This document shows, piece by piece, positions 56,931-64,000 of a stretch of 64,000 nt of DNA (within the stretch, counting starts at the first letter, position 1; every line of letters starts with the position of its first letter). The notes under the pieces were generated by a model. It was not told the DNA's origin and did not search any database. It saw only the letters and a list, made by a program, of their open reading frames with translations. Origin of the DNA: Macrostomum lignano (taxonomy: Eukaryota). The DNA lies in contig NIVC01000598.1 of NCBI GenBank assembly GCA_002269645.1, forward strand, positions 594,286-658,285, written 5' to 3'. Position numbers and translations under genes: made by a program.

Positions 56931-58269
56931 TTTGGCCCGTTGTTACCAACCGCCTATCGAATTCGGTACACCGTCTGCAAAGCTACTCAAGTGGCAGCTT
57001 TCCACTCTTATGAGGCGTGAGAACGTGTTGTTAAAGTTCCCTCGGAGACTAAGTCACTTTTTTCAGTCTTGCTTCGTTAAATTTTCCTCATTTCAATGCC
57101 GTATTCGGAGTCAAAGTTATAGTATTTATGTTATGAAAAAATTCATACACAACTTAAGTCAAACTTGCAGGGTCCGTTCAGGCGGGGTCAGGTTGCTGTT
57201 ACGTCCTGTTATACTACAGTGGTCCCTGGCTATTCAATCCTTCCTGGAATTGAACGCTGCGTCCCTGTTAATGGAACACTATCGTATTCTCCTGCAATAC
57301 TAACGCTGTGCTGCCTATACTGTACCTTCGTATCTAGATGTCTGCTGCATAATTATATTCAATATATCCCCGACTCAAGAAAATGCTGTAGTTAATAGCA
57401 TATATAACACTCACAATTGATTGTATGCTTACCGTATACCTTATCGTACTGGCAGTAACGCTAAAACAGATTATGAATGCACTAAATCAGTTATTATTTC
57501 AGTGGCTTGCGCCTCCTTGCCCGAAATTCAAGGTCCTATAACTTTGTCAAACAGTTTTTCTATGCAAGTTCATTTGTTTCTACTAATAGTAGAATACGTT
57601 GTTTACCGAAAAATGAAATTGCTGCTTTGGAATAAAAAATCTCTCCACGTGCGCACCGTCAATTTGCTTTGTTGTTGTTTTGCATAAGAATTTTTTTAAT
57701 AGCGCCTGTTAACTCAATTTTTCTAGTAGTTTTAAGCCCGATATTCATATTATTATTACTAATTAGCTGTTTGCACTTTGCCAAAAACCAATACTGCGTC
57801 GAAAATAATATGGTTCAATAGAATCTAGCAGAAAATTTTTTTGTTCTGCACATGGACTGAATTCTCACCAAGAGCAAATGGTCGCGACATTGTAAATCGT
57901 CAATGTAACTGAAATTTCACTTGTATTTCTTTCTCAAAAATGTATACCTGTTTCGTCTGAGATGAAATGATGGTCCAATATTTACACTCATGAACAATTT
58001 AACTACGAGTATATTTTTTCGTGTCAAGCGCAGCGGACTGAACAACTTGCAGAAGCCCTTTCTCTGTATTGCTTGGAAATAGTGACAGAAAACAATTGAG
58101 TTTGTTTTAAATAGATTTGTAAAACTTGAACTCTCACCGGCTCACCGACTGAACCAAATGGGTCAAATGACATCCGCCAGTCCTACCTAAAATATGTCTA
58201 TATGAAAAAGTTGAAGACCATTTTTTGCTCTGTGCGGCTTTTCGAGCTGACGAGAGCGTCGGGCTTGAG

Positions 58270-58357
58270 ACCCTGTACCAGAGGGCCCAGCTGCTACGCC
58301 CGTCCATCATCCTGAGTCGGCAGCGGCTTCAACTGGCGGGCCACGTGATCCGGACCA
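58270..58357 (+). mobile_element. Short RTE-like non-LTR fragment
   Basis: TLYQRAQLLRPSIILSRQRLQLAGHVIR resembles the RTE C-terminal RRLRFAGHxxR motif. Confidence 0.55.
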
Positions 58358-59285
58358 CTCGTGCGTTGCCATAGACATTTAAGCAAGAAAAACCGACTAT
58401 TAAGCAGTATATTGAAGCCCCCTTTAAAATTTGAATTTCTACAGGACAAAGACAGGTTGGACCAGTGACAATACGCAAGTTTCTGACTAAGCAAACTTGA
58501 CTGAGAGACCAGCAAAGGAATTCAAACTTGTTATACTCGTAATGGCAACAGAGTTTTATTGAGCCAAATTTCACTTCACATGCAGTAATGACCTCTGCTT
58601 AATGGCTGGTCATTGTTCAAAATGTCTATGGTAATTTACGTTAAGGCAATGACATTCAAGCAATGATCGATCATTGTTTGAAATTGACAATAAAGCAATT
58701 TATCGGGATTACATTTTAGAAAACGAACGAGTCTATGAGCGTAAAATAAAATAGTCTATGGTTGAAAGTGGGGGCTTCGCTCCCACACCCCCATTCCCCC
58801 TTCCCACTCGGATCCTGATGGACAAATTGACCAATGAAGTTAGCTGGAAGTGAGAAAACATAATATACCATGAATTCTCACTTCCAGACACCCACCATTA
58901 ACTGAAAGTCCTGTTTCGACCTTAGACAATTCAATCAATGCAGCTAATATGAATCGGGAATTTATATTGCGTCCAGAAATATAACTTCGATTCGTGCTTC
59001 ATATTAACCTTCCAGACTCTGTAATCAAGAAAACGATTATGCTGGATTCTGACAATTCACTAGTATATATACAGTGAACAGCAGTCCTTGCAATAAGCAA
59101 TTGCATCCGGCCCTAAATCAAAATTACTCATTGGAAATCCAAACTTCACATAGTTATTTTAAACGAGTTAACAATAATCTGTGCTAAAAGTCTGACAAGT
59201 GATAACTGGACCAATTAAACAGCCTAGTAGAGCCAATTGATAGAGGGAGTTGCTGAAAGTGAGCAGCTACATCTGACAGTCACGG

Positions 59286-60247
59286 CTACTGTTCCTGAGC
59301 ACCAATCGCAGAGTTCTCAACTTCTGAAAAGTACTGTTGAACTACACCGTCATTGATGGCATCCTCGTGTACGATGCACAATTTGTGCAGCACTGAACAG
59401 GCTTTCACAATTTCACTGGCGCACGTGGGTCCCTTGACTCTCAACGTGCGCAGACATGGAAATCGGATTTTTAGCAGGCCCAGGGACAACTAGAAATGAA
59501 TAGGCCTTCAAGCTTTTTCTGTATTAATTGAAGCGTTTCTCCTGGGGGGATCAACCACTGAAAGCATGGGTAGATTGATCGTCACCAGCAGGGTATACCT
59601 AGGAAAAAACGAAGCTAGTTGTAAACATTAGAGATCCGTAGCACGCGGGCATCGTTCACGCTACCTGGCCATACAGAATTAACGTAGAAAAGTTGGCACT
59701 TCAGTCTGCAGACAACCATGACGCTCAGCGAATGTGTCCACCCTTTCTTCCACGAGCTTAGCTTCATTCTCAGATGGGGAGGGGGCTAGTTTGGATCAAT
59801 GTTCCATCCACTGCGTCACAGATGCAAGGCAGTCCACCAAGCTGGAAAACTTCTACTGCCAGATTCTCCACATCTTGCTGGGGCCAGCGCACAACGTCTT
59901 GAAACAATGTATCAGTAATGGCTTAAGAGACACGCTTTACGAGCAACACCCTGACCAACTGTTGCCTCGGACAGTCCATGCGCGCCTCTAGAGGTAGAGT
60001 GAGTTTTCTGCATGGAAAGCTAGCGCTGTCAGTATTTGCTGCTTCGTTGTCAAGGCAAAGCTATGTGTGTTTGGTGCTGAAGCACGGGTCCGATCAGGCG
60101 TTTCAGCTCTTCAAAAGTGTTTCTGCTCAAACGAAAGCGCTGCACAAAATCCATGTCGTCGTCCTCAAAGAACGTTCTTTGAATGAAGACTCTCTCTGCA
60201 CGGTTGACAGGTTCTTCGTTGAATTTCCAAAATTGAAGAAGATTCAT
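59286..60247 (-). pseudogene. PIF/Harbinger (HARBI1-like DDE) transposase relic
   Basis: Minus-strand fragments appear in the expected order: FVQRFRLSRNTFEEL, GLPCICDAVDGTLI, RKGGHSLSVMVVC, WPGSVNDARVL, QEKRFN, GLLKIRFPCL...ACSVLHKLC. Multiple frameshifts and stops. Confidence 0.85.
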
Positions 60248-60514
60248 GGCTTTTGCTCTTTGTTTTATCCAACCTCGAGGTGACGTACCTAAAAATTAGC
60301 TGTGGTAGACGGAGAGAAGCTTCGAAAAATTGAAATTCGCATCACTATCACACGAAAACTCCGGATTACTGATAGTCAACCAGTGGTTTGAAATAAATGA
60401 CTAAAAGAAATAATCAGTGCTTCAAAAAATTGCCAGTGTTCGTTTATCACTTGTCAGACTTGTAGCGCTGATGTTATAAAATCGCCCTCTAAGCGACCTC
60501 AATACGTACTAACG

Positions 60515-60908
60515 TTCTCACATACTCGTATGGGTTGGAGTGCTGGACAATATCACCAGCAATGGAAAGAATAATCGAGAAATGGAAGTTGTGGTTTTTA
60601 AGGCGCACCTGAGAGTGAGCTGGACCAGTCACCGCGAATGAAGATGTTCTGCTAAGAGCTGGTTGCAGAAGGAAGTTGATGACGAACATTCAGAAACAGC
60701 AGCTGGAGTTCTTTCGCCATATTATGAGGAAGGGAGGAAGAAGAGATCGTGGAAGACAGCGAGTAACCTTTCTAAAGAATCTGTCTCAATGGATGAACCT
60801 GAACAGCCAGGAAATACTTCACACGTAAATGGACCGTGCTTTCTGGAAGGCTGTGGTCGCCGATGTCCTTCGTCGATATGACACCCAGAGAGAGAGAGAG
60901 AGAGAGAG
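60515..60908 (+). mobile_element. RTE-clade non-LTR 3' fragment ending in (GA)n
   Basis: Frameshifted YGLECWTIS...WFLRR.LRVSW...NEDVLLRAG...KQQLEFFRHIMRK matches the RTE RT C-terminal region. Confidence 0.75.
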
Positions 60909-62032
60909 ACCAACGTACATTAAAGCAAAAACAATTCCCCGAGCAGAATTAAGTCTAAAAACGAATGAAACACCGTATATTTCGATTAAAAACAGAGTTT
61001 AAGCAGAAGGTTTTTAAATGACAATCAGCATAAATAATAGTAATCCACAGCGTCGGAAAGGACTTCGGTTTTTACCAACGGTTATAAACAGTTTAGCACC
61101 CTGTATGCTTGATCGCAGTTGGACATTGCTTGACTGAATAGCACGTGCTGATATGTTTAGAGAGTAAAACCTACTCCAGAACTTGGTAGATGGCATGGTA
61201 GATGGTATTGCCAGTTTTGAGTGTTGGCCCATCAAACAGTAGCAAACCATAGCTAGCCGAGCGAGACACCTAGGGTCTAAAAGGATCTGTGTTTCATAGC
61301 CTGAATCGCTAATGCAATAGCATTTTATCCAATTCACGCACTGCCATCCATCCGGGGTGTGCCTGTGAAAGCTGCGATCCAGCAATTTCCGCGCCGTTGT
61401 TGGGTTTGGCTGCTTTTTCATACTCTAGCCGCTCGATCCATACCCTGCCGTTTAGTCGCCCCCCCTGCCCGAGCTTAAGAAAATTGATGCTGCGAGCTTT
61501 TGAATGCCAATTTTAGCATAAAGGAAAATGTAGAAGCATTCAGTGATGATTACAAATGCATTTTCTGTTCATTCTAAATGAAAATTCGAAAGCATACGAA
61601 ATTCTAGTGAAATTTTAACTGAGGAAGATTTGATTGGCGTATGAGTACGAGCTAGAAGACGGATAAACGTCTGCACAGACATAAAAAATCAACCACACCA
61701 GTTATACATGCACAAGGAATAAGGAATGAACATTCCAAGGGGCGGGTCAATCCTGTACAATTCAATGGGAAATCAATAATTAATAGACACTATGCGAAAG
61801 CAATGAGAAAAGAGAGACACTCGTTGACTACTCACAGAACTCTGAGTTGGTGCTCAACCCCACCGCCAGCAAGATGCACATCAAAGCAAGGCTTATGCAA
61901 TATGATGTACGAAGCTTTAAATAATTGTCTTGAATTATAAATTCTCGCCTTGAGCTAAGGATTTTTATCTGGTAGCGAAAGCAGACTCAATTTTGCCGCT
62001 TTTCATTCCATTAGGACAACCAGGTTGTGACT

Positions 62033-62340
62033 GGTTGTGGCCTAGTTGTTGGAGCGTCGGACTCACGACTGAAAAGTCGGGGGTTCGAATCTCGACCTAC
62101 TGGAACAATTTGTGTCCTTGAGCAAGACACTTAACTCTGCATTGCTTCAGTTCTCCCAGCTGTAAAATGGGTGCCAGAATTAGCTGGAGTAATTGAGGCT
62201 GTGTGTGGCGACCCCCCAGTCCTTGGACTGAACAGCCGTACGCAGCCTTCAGATGCGCCACGCAATAGCTGCGGCTGAGCTGTCGGTTGCACATCTGGCC
62301 ATTGGGGCAGGTGTAATCAATAATAATTATTATTATATTA
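62033..62340 (+). mobile_element. tRNA-derived CORE-like SINE, second copy
   Basis: Colinear with 30316-30630. B box GGTTCGAATC at ~62082 and an (ATT/AAT)n tail. Confidence 0.8.
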
Positions 62341-62509
62341 TCAGTTGGACAAATCAACGAACACGGAACTAAATTGCCAACTCGTACTCGTATAGCACAG
62401 GCTAAATTTAGCAGCAGGTGGACAAAGTAAAAGTAAACAGTTGGAAGATGTCTGCCCGTCAGCGCGCGTGCGAGGCTATACATGCATTTAGAGAAAGACC
62501 TGGAATTCT

Positions 62510-64000
62510 ACTCTCTCTCCCCTCCTCTCTCCTCTCTCCTCTCTTCCTCCTATCTCCTCTCTCCCTCCCATCTCCTGTCTCCCATTCTCTCTCCTCTCTC
62601 CCCTCCTTATCTCCTCTCTCCCTCCTATCTCCTCTCTCCCTCCTATCTCCTCTCTCCCTCCTATCTCCTCTCTCCCTCCTATCTCCTCTCTCCCTCCTAT
62701 CTCCTCTCTCCCTCCTATCTCCTCTCTCCCTCCTATCTCCTCTCTCCCTCTTATCTCCTCTCTCCCTCCTATCTCCTCTCTCCCTCCTATCTCCTCTCTC
62801 CCTCCTATCTCCTCTCTCCCTCCTATCTCCTCTCTCCCTCCTATCTCCTCTCTCCCTCCTATCTCCTCTCTCCCTCCTATCTCCTCTCTCCCTCCTATCT
62901 CCTCTCTCCCTCCTATCTCCTCTCTCCCTCCTATCTCCTCTCTCCCTCCTATCTCCTCTCTCCCTCCTATCTCCTCTCTCCCTCCTATCTCCTCTCTCCC
63001 TCCTATCTCCTCTCTCCCTCCTATCTCCTCTCTCCCTCCTATCTCCTCTCTCCCTCCTATCTCCTCTCTCCCTCCTATCTCCTCTCTCCCTCCTATCTCC
63101 TCTCTCCCTCCTATCTCCTCTCTCCCTCCTATCTCCTCTCTCCCTCCTATCTCCTCTCTCCCTCCTATCTCCTCTCTCCCTCCTATCTCCTCTCTCCCTC
63201 CTATCTCCTCTCTCCCTCCCATCTCCTGTCTCCCCTCCTCTCTCCTCTCTCCCCTCCTCTCTCCTCTCTCCCTCCTATCTCCTCTCTCCCTCCTATCTCC
63301 TCTCTCCCTCCTATCTCCTCTCTCCCTCCTATCTCCTCTCTCCCTCCTATCTCCTCTCTCCCTCCTATCTCCTCTCTCCCTCCTATCTCCTCTCTCCCTC
63401 CTATCTCCTCTCTCCCTCCTATCTCCTCTCTCCCTCCTATCTCCTCTCTCCCTCCTATCTCCTCTCTCCCTCCTATCTCCTCTCTCCCTCCTATCTCCTC
63501 TCTCCCTCCTATCTCCTCTCTCCCTCCTATCTCCTCTCTCCCTCCTATCTCCTCTCTCCCTCCTATCTCCTCTCTCCCTCCTATCTCCTCTCTCCCTCCT
63601 ATCTCCTCTCTCCCTCCTATCTCCTCTCTCCCTCCTATCTCCTCTCTCCCTCCTATCTCCTCTCTCCCTCCTATCTCCTCTCTCCCTCCTATCTCCTCTC
63701 TCCCTCCTATCTCCTCTCTCCCTCCTATCTCCTCTCTCCCTCCTATCTCCTCTCTCCCTCCTATCTCCTCTCTCCCTCCTATCTCCTCTCTCCCTCCTAT
63801 CTCCTCTCTCCCTCCTATCTCCTCTCTCCCTCCTATCTCCTCTCTCCCTCCTATCTCCTCTCTCCCTCCCATCTCCTGTCTCCCATTCTCTCTCCTCTCT
63901 CCCCTCCTTATCTCCTCTCTCCCTCCTATCTCCTCTCTCCCTCCTATCTCCTCTCTCCCTCCCATCTCCTGTCTCCCCTCCTCTCTCCTCTCTCCCCTCC
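62510..64000. repeat. 18-bp polypyrimidine minisatellite (CTCCTCTCTCCCTCCTAT)n, runs off the window end
   Basis: Read directly; spurious GGREEI ORFs on minus. Confidence 0.97.

Overview
Eukaryotic (invertebrate animal) genomic DNA, with GT-AG introns and innexin genes. The repeat content and GC-rich codons suggest a free-living flatworm such as Macrostomum; this is inference only. Four intact host genes were reconstructed. Two are 10-exon, 681-aa ABCG half-transporters lying head-to-head as the arms of an ~10.5-kb imperfect palindrome (5910-9754 minus, 12431-16418 plus). The other two are innexins, also head-to-head: an intronless 403-aa gene on minus and a 2-exon ~454-aa gene on plus. The rest is transposon debris and tandem arrays. 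Transposon debris includes a foldback piggyBac relic with a nested Tc1/mariner insert, an RNase H-bearing non-LTR element with a 12-bp TSD, a rearranged Gypsy pol and a hAT with an 8-bp TSD. It also includes a one-LTR Bel/Pao with an in-frame internal deletion, a mariner MITE, PIF/Harbinger and RTE relics, and tRNA-derived CORE-like SINEs. The most notable observation is the ABCG pair. About 2.2 kb covering the ATPase half, including introns, is near-identical between the copies. Exons 6, 8 and 9 (transmembrane domain) and the 3' introns are clearly diverged, while exons 7 and 10 are again near-identical. This mosaic suggests gene conversion between palindrome arms. All alignments and counts were made by eye, so coordinates of degenerate elements are approximate.
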